From: an uncultured beta proteobacterium
GTDB taxonomy: Bacteria > Pseudomonadota > Gammaproteobacteria > Burkholderiales > SG8-39
Length of the DNA: 64,000 bases
Assembly: GCA_963782655.1 (NCBI GenBank)
Contig: CAWALA010000001.1
Coordinates: forward strand, 92,756 to 156,755
Reading direction: 5' to 3'
In this document: piece after piece, positions 12,809 through 27,307 of the stretch
How the letters are laid out: each line of letters starts with the position of its first letter
How positions within the stretch are numbered: position 1 is the first letter of the stretch
Made by a program: the position numbers and the translations under genes
Notes under the pieces: model-generated
The model's input: only the letters and a program-made list of their open reading frames with translations
Databases searched by the model: none
Told to the model about the DNA's origin: nothing

Positions 12809-13012
12809 ATGAGCACAGGTACTGTGAAGTGGTTCAACGACGCAAAAGGTTTCGGCTTCATCACCCCCGAGGACGGCAGCAAGGATCTGTTCGTGCATTT
12901 CTCGGCGATCCAGGGCGGCGGGTTCAAGACGCTGAAGGAGAACGACAAGGTGCAATTCGACGTGACCCAGGGCCCCAAGGGCGCCCAGGCGACCAACGTC
13001 CGGCCGGCCTGA
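12809..13012 (+). CDS. cspA: cold-shock protein, CspA family
   Basis: Intact 67 aa [18 protein letters not shown]...DLFVHFSAI with RNP1/RNP2 motifs. Confidence 0.9.
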   Translation: MSTGTVKWFNDAKGFGFITPEDGSKDLFVHFSAIQGGGFKTLKENDKVQFDVTQGPKGAQATNVRPA

Positions 13013-13029
13013 ATCTGGCGGCTGCGCCC

Positions 13030-13057
13030 CGAGCCCGGTGAACCCGGGCTTTTTTGT
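13030..13057 (+). terminator. Rho-independent terminator downstream of the csp gene
   Basis: GCCCGG-tgaac-CCGGGC stem-loop followed by TTTTTTG. Confidence 0.55.
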
Positions 13058-13074
13058 TTCCACGAGGACCGGGC

Positions 13075-13305
13075 ATGGAGAAACGCAAGCAGTGGCGGGA
13101 GCAGGAGCAGCAGGTGATCGAGCGCTGGAATGCAGCCGAGGCGCGCTATCGCGAGGCGCATGCCGAGTTCGTGCGCGAAAGCGCCACGGGCGCCGCGAGC
13201 CCGGAGCTGCAGCAGAAGGTCGAGCGCGCCCGCGCCGACATCGAGGCCGTGAGGCGGCAGGTGGCGCGCCTCAAGGTGGAGTTCACATCGGGAAAGAGAT
13301 ACTGA
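13075..13305 (+). CDS. small hypothetical protein (Glu/Arg-rich, coiled-coil-like)
   Basis: ORF MEKRKQWREQEQQVIERW...; GC3-biased. No recognisable family. Confidence 0.3.
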   Translation: MEKRKQWREQEQQVIERWNAAEARYREAHAEFVRESATGAASPELQQKVERARADIEAVRRQVARLKVEFTSGKRY

Positions 13306-13545
13306 ATGAACACGCGAAATAATCTGTCGCGCGGCCGCGCCGCGCTCTGGACCAAGGACAAGATCGAGCTGCTGTCCACGCCCGACTTGCGCAACCTGCA
13401 CGCCAACGCGGAGCGGCTGCTGGAGACCGAGATCGCCGCGCTGTGCATCGAGGTGCTCGCCACCCGGCCGCGCAGCGGCGTCACCGCGCCGGCCAAGCCG
13501 AAGGCGGCGGCCAAGCCGCGCGCGCGCCAAGGCGAGGGCCGAAAC
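13306..13545 (+). CDS. small hypothetical protein; 3' end uncertain because the ORF runs in-frame into the next gene
   Basis: [40 protein letters not shown].... An alternative-frame stop near 13545 suggests a hidden indel. Confidence 0.2.
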
Positions 13546-13596
13546 GGCCGCCTAGCCGCGCTACACTGCCGCTCGCTCCGCACCGGGGAGGACGGC

Positions 13597-15139
<1,543 letters not shown>

Positions 15140-15141
15140 CG

Positions 15142-15790
15142 ATGTGCGGGCGCTACGTCAGCCCCGAGCAGGCCTCCATCGAGCGTGCCTGGCAGATCCG
15201 GCGCTCCAGCGGCCTCGATTTCCGTACGCCGCTTCAACGTGCAGCCGACCACCGAGGTGCCGGTGCTATCGCTCGAGGACGGCGAGCTTGCGCTCGTCGC
15301 CGCGCGCTGGGGACTCATCCCGCACTGGTGGAAGCAGGACAAGCCGCCCACCTTCACCATCAACGCGCGGCTGGAAGAGGCTGCAGGCAAGCCGATGTGG
15401 CGCGACCCGATGCGCCGCACGCGCTGCCTGCTGCCGGCCGAGGGCTGGTACGAATGGCAGGAACTCGCCGGCGGCAAGCAGCCGCACTTCATCGCGCGCG
15501 CGGATCGCCGGCCGTTCTGCTTCGCAGGCCTGATGTCCACGTGGAACGGCAAGCGCAGCTGCGCGCTCCTCACCAAGGCCGCCGAGGGCCCGGTCGCCGA
15601 AGTTCACGATCGCATGCCGGTGGTGCTGCCCGACGAAGCGCACCCGGGCTGGCTGGATCCCGCGCTGAAGGACGCGACGGAATTCGCCCGCGCGCACGCG
15701 CTCGCGCGCGAATTCACGCACTACCCGGTGAGCAAGCGCGTCAACAACGCGCGCAATGAAGGGCCCGAGCTCATCGAGCCTGCAGGCTGA
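15142..15790 (+). CDS. SOS-response-associated peptidase (SRAP / YedK-type abasic-site processing protein); one frameshift near 15225
   Basis: Starts MCGRY (catalytic Cys2). Then ...[12 protein letters not shown]...EGWYEWQ...HDRMPVVL. Confidence 0.75.
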
Positions 15791-16897
15791 GGAAGAACGC
15801 GTGGATGTCCTCGGCCAGCAGCCCGGGCTGCTCGAGCGCGGCGAAGTGCCCGCCTTTCGGCATCGGCGTCCAGCGCCGTATGTCGGTGTACATCTTCTGC
15901 GCGAGCGAGCGCGGCGGGCTGAGGATCTCCTTCGGGAACTCGGCGTAGCCCATCGGCACGCCAACGGTCTGGCCCTCCGGCACCGGCCAGGGCCCGTGCC
16001 GCCGCGCGTAGTAGGGCCAGAAAGACGAGCCGATCGCGCCGGTGAACCAGTAGAGCGAGATATTCGCGAGCAGCTCGTCACGCGAGATCGCGTTCTCGAT
16101 CACGCCGCCGCAGTCCGACCACGCGCGGAATTTTTCCGCGATCCACGCGGCCAGGCCGGCGGGCGAATCGGTGAGGCCGAAAGCCAGTGTCTGCGGCCGC
16201 GTGCCCTGAATCCACTGGTAGCCGGTGTCCTCGTTCGCGAAATGCCTGAGCTGCTTCAGATACGCCTTCTCCTCGGGCGTGGGCGACTCCAGCTTGGTGT
16301 CGCGGTTCAGCGCAAGAAGATTCAGGTGGATGCCGGCGACGCGCTCCGGGTAGCGGTGCCCGAGCACTGTGCTGATGAACGCGCCCCAATCGCCGCCCTG
16401 CGCGCCGAAACGCGCGTAGCCGAGCTGCTGCATCAGCTCCGCGAAGCACTGCGCGATGTCCTCCACGCCGAAGCGGCGCTGGCCCGGCTTGAACGACAGG
16501 CCGTATCCCGGCAGCGAGGGCGCCACCACGTGGAAATGCGGCGCGAGGAGCGGGACCAGCTTGTGGAACTCGAACACCGAGCCCGGCCAGCCGTGCGACA
16601 GGAGAAGCGGCATCGCCTGCGGGTTCGTGGATTTCACAGTGGACAAAATGCAGCTCGATGCCCGAGACCTGCGGCGGTGAACTGGGGAAAGGCGTTGAGC
16701 CTCGCTTCCCAGGCCCGCCAGTCGAAGCGGCTGCGCCAGTACTCGCACAGCTCCTTCGCGTAGGCGAGGCTCGTGCCCGTGGACCATGGCTCCAGCGGCG
16801 GCTCGTCCGGCCACCGCGTGCGCGCAAGGCGTTCTTTCAATTCGGAAAGTGCGCTCTCGGAAACCTGAAGGCGAAACGGACGCGGGGCTTGCGGCAT
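15771..16897 (-). CDS. epoxide hydrolase (alpha/beta hydrolase with microsomal-EH-type N-terminal domain); 2 frameshifts near 16640-16690
   Basis: N-terminus MPQAPRPFRLQVSESALSELKERLARTRWPDE (EH N-terminal domain). Core HGWPGSVFEF...GGDWGA. Confidence 0.75.
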
Positions 16898-16918
16898 GGC
16901 TCGCGTTAGTATCCGCCC

Positions 16919-17817
16919 ATGCGACAGTACTGGGCAATCGCTGCCCTGCTTGTCCCCATGATCGCATCGGCATTCGACCTGCAAGGCCATCGCGGGGCCC
17001 GCGGCCTCGCCCCCGAGAACACGCTGCCCGCCTTCGCCGCAGCGCTCGCCGTCGGCGTCACGCACGCTGGAGCTGGACACGGGGGTGACGAAGGACGGCG
17101 TGGTGGTGATCCACCACGACCGGCGGCTCAATCCCGAGATCGCGCGGGCTCCAGACGGGCACTGGGTCGAGGCGCCCACGCCGCTCATCCACGCGCTCAC
17201 CTACGAGGAGCTGCAGCGCTTCGACGTCGGTCGCCTGCGCCCGGGGAGCAAGACTGCGCTGCAGTTCCCGGAGCAGCAGCCCGCCGACGGTACGCGCATC
17301 CCGCGCCTCGCGGACCTGTTCGACCTGGTGAAGAAAGCCGGCAACGAGACGCGTGCACTTCAACATCGAGACCAAGCTCTCGCCGCAGGCGCCGGAGGAG
17401 ACGCTGCCGCCGCAGGAGTTCGCGCGCGCGGTGCTCGCCGAGGTGCGCCAGGCGGGCGTGCAGGCGCGCACCAGCATCCAGTCCTTCGACTGGCGCACGC
17501 TGAAGGTGGTGGAGCGCGAAGCGCCCGAGATCGCCACCGTCTACCTCACCGGGCGGCGCGGCGCGGAATCCCAGCCCAAGGCGGTGCACGCGGCGGGCGG
17601 TCGCGTCTGGTCGCCCAACCACGAGGCGATGGACTCCGCGGCGCTGGTGGAAGCGCGCGCGCTCGGCTTGAAGGTGGTGCCCTGGACGGTGAACGAGCCG
17701 GCCGAGATCGAGCGGGTGCTCGACCTGGGCGTCGACGGCCTGATCAGCGACTACCCGGACCGCGCGCGCGCGCAGATCGCGCGCCGCGGCCTGCCGCTCC
17801 CCCAGCCCCTGCGGTGA
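16919..17817 (+). CDS. glycerophosphodiester phosphodiesterase (GDPD, UgpQ-like), secreted; 2 frameshifts
   Basis: Signal peptide. DLQGHRGARGLAPENT (HR catalytic motif) ...IETK...ISDYPDR. Confidence 0.75.
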
Positions 17818-18419
17818 ACGTGGCGCCGGTCACCCTCGCCCTGCTCGCGGCGAACCTGCTGGTGTTCCTGCTGCAACTCGCGGGCGGCCTGCCGCTCGTG
17901 GAGTGGTTCGCGTTGTGGCCGCCCTCGACCTCCGGGCCGCGCAGCGGCCCGCCCTTCGAGCTCTGGCAGCTCCTCACCTACAGCTTCCTGCACGGCAGCG
18001 CGCTGCACCTGATGTTCAACCTGCTCGGCCTCTACACCTTCGGCCGCGACGTGGAACGGCTGTTCGGCTCTGTGTGGTTCCTGCAGTACTACCTGGTGAG
18101 CGTGGTGGTCGCCGCGCTGTCGCATCTCGCGCTGACCGCGTGGCTGGGCGCACCGCCGTATCCCACGGTGGGCGCCTCGGGCGGGATCTATGGCCTGCTG
18201 CTCGCCTACGGCGTGTATTTCCCGCGCCGCACGCTGATCCTGCTGTTCCCGCCGATCCCGCTGCCCGCGCGAGTGTTCGTCGTGCTGTTCGCGGCCCTGG
18301 AGCTGTACTTCGGCGTCACTGGCTCGGTCTCCGGCGTCGCGCATTTCGCGCACCTGGGCGGGATGCTGGGCGGCTATCTGATGATCCGCCTCCGCCGTCG
18401 CCGGAGGGGCCGTTATTAG
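17814..18419 (+). CDS. rhomboid-family intramembrane serine protease
   Basis: Intact. GASGGIYGLL (GxSG) and AHLGG (catalytic His) motifs. 6 TM helices. The GTG start overlaps the upstream stop. Confidence 0.75.
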   Translation: MNVAPVTLALLAANLLVFLLQLAGGLPLVEWFALWPPSTSGPRSGPPFELWQLLTYSFLHGSALHLMFNLLGLYTFGRDVERLFGSVWFLQYYLVSVVVAALSHLALTAWLGAPPYPTVGASGGIYGLLLAYGVYFPRRTLILLFPPIPLPARVFVVLFAALELYFGVTGSVSGVAHFAHLGGMLGGYLMIRLRRRRRGRY

Positions 18420-18433
18420 TGTATAAAGGGGTG

Positions 18434-18814
18434 ATGTCAAAGACCGCCAGCAAAGCCCCCCAGCAAGCCCCCCGCGAGCACCCCGGACGCCAGGCCCGCA
18501 GCCGTTTCAGCGTCGGCAAGTATGAGGTTATCGCGCAGCCCATTCCCGGCTCCGCGCACATGCTGCGCTACACCGTGTTCTTCAAAGGCGTGCGCATCGG
18601 TGCGATGGCCAGCTTCCCCACGGAATCCGATTGCAGGTTCCTCGAGGCCCCGCCCCCGGTGCCGCCGGTGAAGCCGTTCCAGGTGTTTTACCGCCCCGGC
18701 CGCCCGAAAAAGGGCGCCCAACCGCCCAGCGCCGTTGACCGCGGCAACGGCCTCGCGCACGAGGACCTCACCGCAGGCATCCCGCTGCCGGCGATGGAGA
18801 AGTCCGCCGACTGA
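18434..18814 (+). CDS. hypothetical protein
   Basis: 126-aa ORF MSKTASKAPQQAP..., followed 7 bp later by a palindromic hairpin. Confidence 0.35.
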   Translation: MSKTASKAPQQAPREHPGRQARSRFSVGKYEVIAQPIPGSAHMLRYTVFFKGVRIGAMASFPTESDCRFLEAPPPVPPVKPFQVFYRPGRPKKGAQPPSAVDRGNGLAHEDLTAGIPLPAMEKSAD

Positions 18815-18820
18815 AGGTAG

Positions 18821-18846
18821 GAAAATAGGGTCTGTCCCTATTTTTC
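18821..18846. repeat. palindromic repeat unit (GAAAATAGGG-tctgt-CCCTATTTTTC), terminator-like hairpin; member of the GGGACAGACCCC-core repeat family
   Basis: Perfect 9-bp arms. Related copies at 36834, 37134/37167, 42685, 42785, 52797. Confidence 0.6.
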
Positions 18847-18928
18847 GGAAACATTCTGTTGCAATTCTTCGGGGTTTTTGGGCGACTGTAAGGCGGCGAA
18901 GGCGTTGAATCATGGCAGGAGGTACGCC

Positions 18929-20215
18929 ATGAGAAAACTACTCGCTGCCCTGCTCGCCGTGCTGCTCGCGGCCACCGCCGCCCAGGCACAGGAACGCCCC
19001 GCCTACAGCCAGGCCGAGCTCGACCAGATGCTCGCGCCGGTCGCGCTCTATCCGGACGCCCTGCTGTCGCAGGTGCTGATGGCCTCGACCTATCCGCTGG
19101 AAGTCGTGGAAGCCGCGCGCTGGTCGCGCGCCAACCCCGGCCTGCTTGGCGACGAAGCCGTGCGCGCCGCCGCGGACAAGGAATGGGACCCGAGCATCAA
19201 GTCGCTGCTCGCCTTTCCCCACCTGTTGTCGCGCATGGACGAGAAGCTTGACTGGACGCGGCGCCTCGGCGACGCCTTCCTCGCGCAGGAAGCGCAGGTG
19301 ATGGACACGGTGCAGCAGCTGCGCCGGCGCGCGCAGGACTCCGGCCATCTGCTGCCGGACGAGCGCCAGCGGGTGGCCGCGGACGGCTCCACTATCGTCA
19401 TCGAGCCCGCCGATCCGCGCGTGGTCTACGTGCCCTACTACGACCCCTACGTGGTGTACGGGCCGTGGTGGTGGTCGGCTTACCCGCCGGTCATGTGGGC
19501 GCCCTACTACGGCTATGCCGTGGTGCGCCCCGGCTTCTGGTGGGGCGTGGGCGTCGGCATCACCGCCGGTTTCTTCTACGGCGGCATGGACTGGCACCAC
19601 CACCACGTGAACGTGGTGCACGCGAATAGCTACTACGTGCGTCCGCCGGTGGCGCGGTACGGGGTTGCCGGTGGTCCGGCCCATCGCACCCGGACGCTGG
19701 GAGCACAACCCGTCGCACAGGCGCGGCATCGCCTATCGCAGTCCCGAAGTGCAGAAGAAATACGCCGGGGCGGCGCCGCACCGGGATTTCCGCCCGGATC
19801 CGCGAGCTGGCGCAGGCGCGCCGTCCGAGCACCGCGGCGAGCAGCCCGGCGCCCGCCCCCAGACGCAGACCCAACCGGGACGGCCCGCCTCGCCACGGCC
19901 ACAGCCGCGCGCCGAGGACCATCGCCAGGAGCGGCGCGCGCAGGCCATGCCCCCTGCCTTCACCACCAGCGCGACGCCGCGCTTCGAAGCGCGCCAGGAA
20001 CGCAGGCCCGAAGCACGCAGCGAGCCTCGCGCGCAGTCGAGATATGAGCCACGCGCGCAACCGCAATATGCGCCGCACGCGCAACAGCGCTTCGAGCCAC
20101 GCACCCAACCGCGCTTCGAAGCGCCTCAGCGGCAAGCCCCCCGCATGGAGAATCGCGGCGGCGGTGGGGGCGGCGGCTGGCGCGACCAAGGCGGGCCGGG
20201 GCCAAGGGCGGGGCT
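18929..20215 (+). CDS. DUF3300-like secreted protein with low-complexity Pro/Arg/Gln/Gly-rich C-terminal half; at least 1 frameshift, 3' end uncertain
   Basis: Signal peptide MRKLLAALLAVLLAATAAQA. YSQAELDQMLAPVALYPDALLSQVL...YYDPYVVYGPWWW. The C-terminal repeats continue in ORF 19665-21257. Confidence 0.45.
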
Positions 20216-20244
20216 GATTCCCGCCATGCCCTATCATCCGGGCC

Positions 20245-21159
20245 ATGGCAGGGTCCGGATGGTTGTGGATCGCGCTTACCGTCTGGGCCGCTTTCGCGCA
20301 GACGCTGCGCAACACCGCGCAACGCAGCCTCACCGCGTCGCTGGGCACGCTGGGCGCTACGCTGGTGCGTTTCCTCTATGGCCTGCCGTTCGCGCTGGCC
20401 TGGCTCGCCGCCGTCCACTATTGGCGCGCCGAGCCCCTGCCCGCTGCAAGCTGGTCGTTTCTCGGCTGGGTGACCCTGGGCGCCGTGGCGCAGATCGCCG
20501 CGACGGCGTTCCTGCTGCTCGCCATGGAAGCGCGCAGCTTCGCGCTTGGCGTGGCCTACTCCAAGACCGAAGTACTGCAGATCGCGGTGTTCGGCCTTGC
20601 CTTTCTCGGCGACCCGGTTTCGCCCGCCACGGCGCTGGCGGTCGCCTGCGCCACGCTCGGCGTGCTGCTGCTCTCGCCAGCCGACAAGGAGCGGCCGTTC
20701 GCGGCGCTGCTTTCCGGCCTCGCGACGCGGCCGGCGCTCCTCGGCCTCGCCTCCGGCGCCGGCTTCGCGTTCGCCGCGGTGGGCTATCGCGGCGCGGCGC
20801 TCTCGCTGGAGGGCTCTTTCCTGATGCGCGCTGCGACCGCGCTGGCGGCGGCGCAATTCATCCAGACCGTGCTGCTGGGAGGCTGGCTGCTGTGGCGAAA
20901 CCCTGGCGTGTTCGCCGCCACCCTGCGGCTGTGGCGGCCATCGCTGTTCGCGGGATTCATGGGCGCTGCGGCCTCCGCGGGCTGGTTCAGCGCTTTTGCC
21001 CTGCAGCCCGCGGCGCACGTGCGCACCCTGGGGCTGATCGAGCTGGTGTTCAGCTACGCGGTGTCGCTGAAGCTGTTTCGCGAGAAGCTCTCGCGACTGG
21101 AGCTCGCCGGGATGGCGTTTCTCGCGCTGGGGATCGCGGTGATTACGCTGGCGGGCTGA
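20245..21159 (+). CDS. DMT-superfamily (EamA-like) transporter
   Basis: Intact 304 aa, 10 TM, duplicated EamA-like halves. Confidence 0.65.
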   Translation: MAGSGWLWIALTVWAAFAQTLRNTAQRSLTASLGTLGATLVRFLYGLPFALAWLAAVHYWRAEPLPAASWSFLGWVTLGAVAQIAATAFLLLAMEARSFALGVAYSKTEVLQIAVFGLAFLGDPVSPATALAVACATLGVLLLSPADKERPFAALLSGLATRPALLGLASGAGFAFAAVGYRGAALSLEGSFLMRAATALAAAQFIQTVLLGGWLLWRNPGVFAATLRLWRPSLFAGFMGAAASAGWFSAFALQPAAHVRTLGLIELVFSYAVSLKLFREKLSRLELAGMAFLALGIAVITLAG

Positions 21160-22222
21160 CGCCGCGCTCTGCGGCACGGCGCGCGAGCAGCTTGTCGAAC
21201 TCCTCCGCTACCTTGGCGTCGTTGTCGAGCATTTCCTGGGGATCCTTGTCCGCGTAGTGCAGCACGCCGAGGTCGGCGTAAGCCTTCTGCATCCGTGGGC
21301 TCCAAAGCCCGATGTCCTTCACCGTGGGCACGATGCGGCTGAACAAACGCTTCTTGAACCGCGCGTGGCCTTCGGACTGGTCGTGCTGGCGCATCGCTTC
21401 CTTCGGATCAAGGCCGACGCGCTCCCACATTTCCTCCGAATTGAGGCGGTCGCGCAGGTGGTGCGAGCCCTCGATGACGAATTCCTCGCGCTCGCGCCGC
21501 TCGGACTCCGTGAGCTGCGGGTAGTACTCGCGCAGCGCGAGGCGTCCGAACGCCACGTGGCGCGCCTCGTCCTGCATCACGTAGGCGTTGACCGCCTGGC
21601 ACAGCGGGTTCTTGGCGTAGTCGCGGATGCGCTGGAAGGCGACCAGGGCGAGGCCCTCGATCAGCACCTGCATGCCGAGGTAGGTGAAGTCCCAGCGCTT
21701 GTCGGTCAGCGCCTTCTCGAGCAGCACCTGCAGGGGCTTGGAGATCGGGTAGACGAAGCGGAATTTTTCGGTGAGCAGGCGCCGGTAAGCCTCCACGTGG
21801 CGCGCCTCGTCCATCACCTGGGTCGCGGCGTAGAACTTCGATTCGATGGTCGGCACGTCCTGCACGATGCGCGCCGCGCAGATCAGGGCGCCCTGCTCGC
21901 CGTGCAGGAACTGCGACAGGTTGTGCACCTGCGCGTGGTAGCGCAGGTCGGACTTCTGGCGCTCCGACATCTTGTGCCAGAGCGGCGTGCCGTACAGCGG
22001 CAGCACGGTCTCGTCCACCTGCATCGGGTCGTCGGGATCGACGTCGATCGACCAGTCGATGCGCTTCTCGGCGTCCCACTGCTGCTGCTTGCCCTTGGAA
22101 TACAGGCGCAGCAGGTCTTCGCTCTGCGTGTCGTAGTTCCAGGTGAAGGTGGTCTCGCCCGCGCCCTGGAACTTCCAGTGGGTCTCTTCGACGGGGAGGA
22201 TGTACTTGAAGACGGCGGCCAT
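21143..22222 (-). CDS. AurF/CmlI-like diiron oxygenase (ferritin-like superfamily)
   Basis: Intact 359 aa. Two E-x-x-H diiron motifs (VMDEARHVEAY and MQDEARHVAFG) plus upstream E residues. The spacing matches arylamine N-oxygenase-type enzymes. Confidence 0.5.
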   Translation of the reverse strand: MAAVFKYILPVEETHWKFQGAGETTFTWNYDTQSEDLLRLYSKGKQQQWDAEKRIDWSIDVDPDDPMQVDETVLPLYGTPLWHKMSERQKSDLRYHAQVHNLSQFLHGEQGALICAARIVQDVPTIESKFYAATQVMDEARHVEAYRRLLTEKFRFVYPISKPLQVLLEKALTDKRWDFTYLGMQVLIEGLALVAFQRIRDYAKNPLCQAVNAYVMQDEARHVAFGRLALREYYPQLTESERREREEFVIEGSHHLRDRLNSEEMWERVGLDPKEAMRQHDQSEGHARFKKRLFSRIVPTVKDIGLWSPRMQKAYADLGVLHYADKDPQEMLDNDAKVAEEFDKLLARRAAERGVSPPA

Positions 22223-22283
22223 GGTGGCGCCACTATGCCATCGTTCGCGGCCGCGCGTCGAGCGCCGCACCTATAATGCGCCG

Positions 22284-22712
22284 ATGGCGGCGATGCAGCG
22301 CTTCATGCAGGGCTACCAGCGCGCGTGGGAGACACGCGACGACGCGCTGCTGGCGAGCCTGTTCACGCCGGAGGCCGTCTACCACAACACCCCCTTCGAC
22401 GCGCAGCGCGGGCACGCCGCGATCCGCAAGTACTGGGACCGCGTCAAGCTGCAGGCTGACATCGAGCTGTCGTTCGAGGTTCTGGCGGACGGCGCGGACT
22501 CGGGCATCGCCCACTGGCACGTCACCTATCAGGTCACCTCGGAGAAGATGTTCGCGATGTGGGCAGCGGCTTCGGGCACCGGCATCCCGGCACGCAAGCC
22601 GGGCGACCCATTGCCGCGCCTCGTCCTGGATGGCGTCGCGCTCGCGGACTTCGACCAGGCCGGACTGTGCACGCGCTTTCGCATCTGGTGGCACAGCAAG
22701 GTCGCCGACTGA
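22284..22712 (+). CDS. NTF2-like / SnoaL-like fold protein
   Basis: Intact about 142 aa, MAAMQRFMQGYQRAWETRDDALLASLFTPEAVYH... (typical SnoaL N-terminus). Confidence 0.5.
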   Translation: MAAMQRFMQGYQRAWETRDDALLASLFTPEAVYHNTPFDAQRGHAAIRKYWDRVKLQADIELSFEVLADGADSGIAHWHVTYQVTSEKMFAMWAAASGTGIPARKPGDPLPRLVLDGVALADFDQAGLCTRFRIWWHSKVAD

Positions 22713-22718
22713 AGTCTC

Positions 22719-23305
22719 CTCAGTCGTTGCGCCCGCGCACGTCGGCGTACAGCGCCTGCAGCGTTGCCAGGTCGGCTTCGTAGTTTCCGCTCGGCTCGAA
22801 CAGCGGGAAACAGCGTGAGCGACTTGCGTCCGAAGTCGAAAGCGGCGGGCAGGATCGGCACCTTGGCGGCGAGCGCGATGTTGTAGAAGCCGCTGCGCCA
22901 GGGCGTGCCGCGCTTGCGCGTTCCCTGGGGCGCGATGCCGAGCAACACCCTCTCCTCGCGCGCGATCATCTCAGCCGCATCGCCTACCGCGCCCTGCGGC
23001 GTCTCGCGCACTACTGGCGTGCCGCCGAGCCAGCGCATCAGCCAGCCCAGCGGGGGATTGAACAGCGTGTGCTTGCCGAGGAACCGCACGCGCAGGCCGA
23101 GCGCGAACACCACGAGGATGCCGACGATGAAGTCCCAGTTGGAAGTGTGCGGCGCGACGATGGCGACCATCTTCGCCCGGTCGGGAAATTGGCCGGTCAC
23201 ACGCCAGCCGAAGAGACTCAACAGCCCGCGCGCCAAAGCTCTGGAATATGCATTGCCGCGCCGCGGCAGGCTCGGGGGCAGGTCCGGGAAGCGGCCCGCG
23301 CCCAC
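22719..23305 (-). CDS. 1-acyl-sn-glycerol-3-phosphate acyltransferase family (PlsC-like); C-terminal frameshift
   Basis: HTSNWD (HxxxxD acyltransferase motif) ...GIAPQGTR. Confidence 0.65.
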
Positions 23306-23306
23306 G

Positions 23307-24966
<1,660 letters not shown>

Positions 24967-24967
<1 letters not shown>

Positions 24968-27257
24968 CAGCGTGCTTGCAGCGCGCGCCAGACGCGCTCG
25001 GCGGTGAGCGGCATGTCGATCTCCTTCACGCCGAGCGCGTCGATCACGGCGTTGACGATCGCGGGCGTGGCGCCGTGGCAGCCCGCTTCGCCCGCGCCTT
25101 TCGCGCCAAGCGGATTCATCTGCGTGGGCACCGACTCATCGAAGCTTGTCGCCAGGTCCGGGATGTCCGCCGCACGCGGCATGGCGTAGTCCATGAAAGA
25201 GCCCGTGAGGAGTTGCGCCGATTCGTCGTAGACCGACTGCTCGAAGAGCGCCTGCCCGAGCCCTTGCGCGATTCCGCCGTGCACCTGCGATTCCGCGGTG
25301 AGTGGATTGATCACGCGCCCGATGTCATCCACCGCGCAATGGCGTGCTACGCGGACCGTGCCCGTCTCGGGGTCCAGCTCGACTTCGGCCACCTGGCAGC
25401 CGTTCGGCCAGGTCTGGCCTTTCACCGTCTCGGTGTGCTCGCAGACGATGCGCCGCTCCGGCTGCCTGGCCGCGAGCTCGAACAGGCCGATGCCGCGATC
25501 GGTGCCGGCGATGCGAAAGCGTCCCTGGCCGTATTCGAGGTCGCTCGCGGCCACCTCGAGCGCCTGCGCCGCGAGCGGCCGCGCCACTTCGATCAGCGCC
25601 GCCGCGCCGGCGAGCGCCGCGCTGCCTCCGACCTGCAGCCCGCGCGAGCCTCCTGCGCCACCGCCGGTTTTCGGCAGGTCGCTATCGCCTTGCACGACGC
25701 GGATCGCCTGCGGGTCGATGCCGAGCTTCTCGGCAACGAGCTGCGCGTAGGAGGTCCACAGTCCCTGCCCGATCGCCTGGGTGCCGGAGTGCAGCACCAG
25801 AGAGCCATCGGCCGCGGCCGCGACATGCACGGTTTCGTTCAGCTTGGCGCTGCCCGTGATCTCCACGTAGCAGGCAAGTCCGCGTCCGTAGCGCAGGCCC
25901 CGCTTCCCGGCGGCCGCCCGGCGCGCCGCGTACCCATTCCAGTCCGAGGCCGCCTGCGCCCCGCGCAGCATGCGCGCGAAGTCGCCGCAGTCGTAGGTAA
26001 GGCCGGCGGGATTGGCGTAGGGCATGCGCTCGACCGGCACCATGTTCTTCAGCCGCAATTCGATGGCGTCCGCGCCAAGTTCCATCGCCGCGCGCTCCAC
26101 CAGGCGCTCGAGCAGATAGCCCATCTCCGGGCGGCCCGCGCCGCGGTAGGCATCCACTGGCGAAGTGTTGGTGAACATCATCTTCACTTCGTGATCGAGC
26201 ACCGGGATGGCGTACACGCCGGTCGGCGCGCGCGCGCCCGACATCGCCGGCACCGCGGCGCCGAAGCTCGAGATGTAGGCACCGATGTTGGCGAGCGTGC
26301 GGATGCGCAGCGCCGTGAAGCGCTGCGCGTCGTCGATCGCGAGCTCCGCCACGGTGACGTTGTCGCGGCCGTGCACCTCGCAGAGAAAGTGCTCGGAGCG
26401 GTCGGCGAGCCAGCGCAGGGGGCGGCCGAGCTTCTTCGCCGCCCAGGCGAGCGCCGCGTGCTCCGGGTAGGCGTAGCCGCGCGCGCCGAAGCCGCCGCCG
26501 ACGTCCGTACAGACGATGTGCAGCTCGTCTTCCTTGAGATTGAGCGCCTTGGCGAGCTGCGCGCGCACGTTGTGCACGTTCTGCGTAGGGCACCACAGCG
26601 TGGTACGGCCCGACGCGGCGTCGAACTGCGCCGCGAGCGCCCGCGGCTCGAGCGGGTTCGCCACCACGCGCTGGTTGATCACCTTCAGCCGTACGACGTG
26701 CTTCGCCGCCGCGAAGGCCGCCTCGCGCGCCGCCTTGTCGCCCATGTGGTAGTAGGCAGCGACCAGCCCCAGCTTCGCCGCGGCCTCGACGCCCGGCACT
26801 GCCTCGAGCGGCGCCCAGTCGACTTCCACCAGCTCCGCCGCGTCGCGCGCCTGGTTGCGCGTCTCGGCGACCACCATCGCCACTGCGTCGCCGACGAAGC
26901 GCGCTTCGTCGCGCGGTGATCGGCATGCGCGGCGGCGCCACGATGGGCGAGCCGTCCTCGCGCTTGTGCATGCGGGTGAATGGGAATTTCGCCGACGCCG
27001 TCGGCGGCGATGTCCGCGCCCGTGTAGACGGCAAGCACGCCGGGCGCGCCGCGCGCGCCGGAGACGTCGATTCTCGCGATGCGCGCATGCGCATGCGGCG
27101 AGCGAGTGAACGCCACGTGCGCCGCGCCCTCGGGGTGCACGTCGTCGGTGAAGCGCCCCTGGCCCGTGAGCAGGCGCGCGTCCTCGAGCCGGCGCAGCGG
27201 CTTGCCGATCCATTGGCTGGCGCCGGGCTGGCCGGCGGGGAAGGCGGCGTCTGTCAT
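24967..27257 (-). CDS. xanthine dehydrogenase family protein, molybdopterin-binding large subunit (CoxL/aldehyde oxidoreductase type); one frameshift near 26900
   Basis: N-terminus ...IGKPLRRLEDARLLTGQGRFTDD.... Mo-binding motifs GGGFGAR, ...AYRGAGRPE.... No adjacent 2Fe-2S or FAD subunit genes. Confidence 0.8.
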
Positions 27258-27307
27258 GGATGCTTGCGCGAAGCGGCGGATTCTATACTGCGCGGCTGGA
27301 GGCTCCC

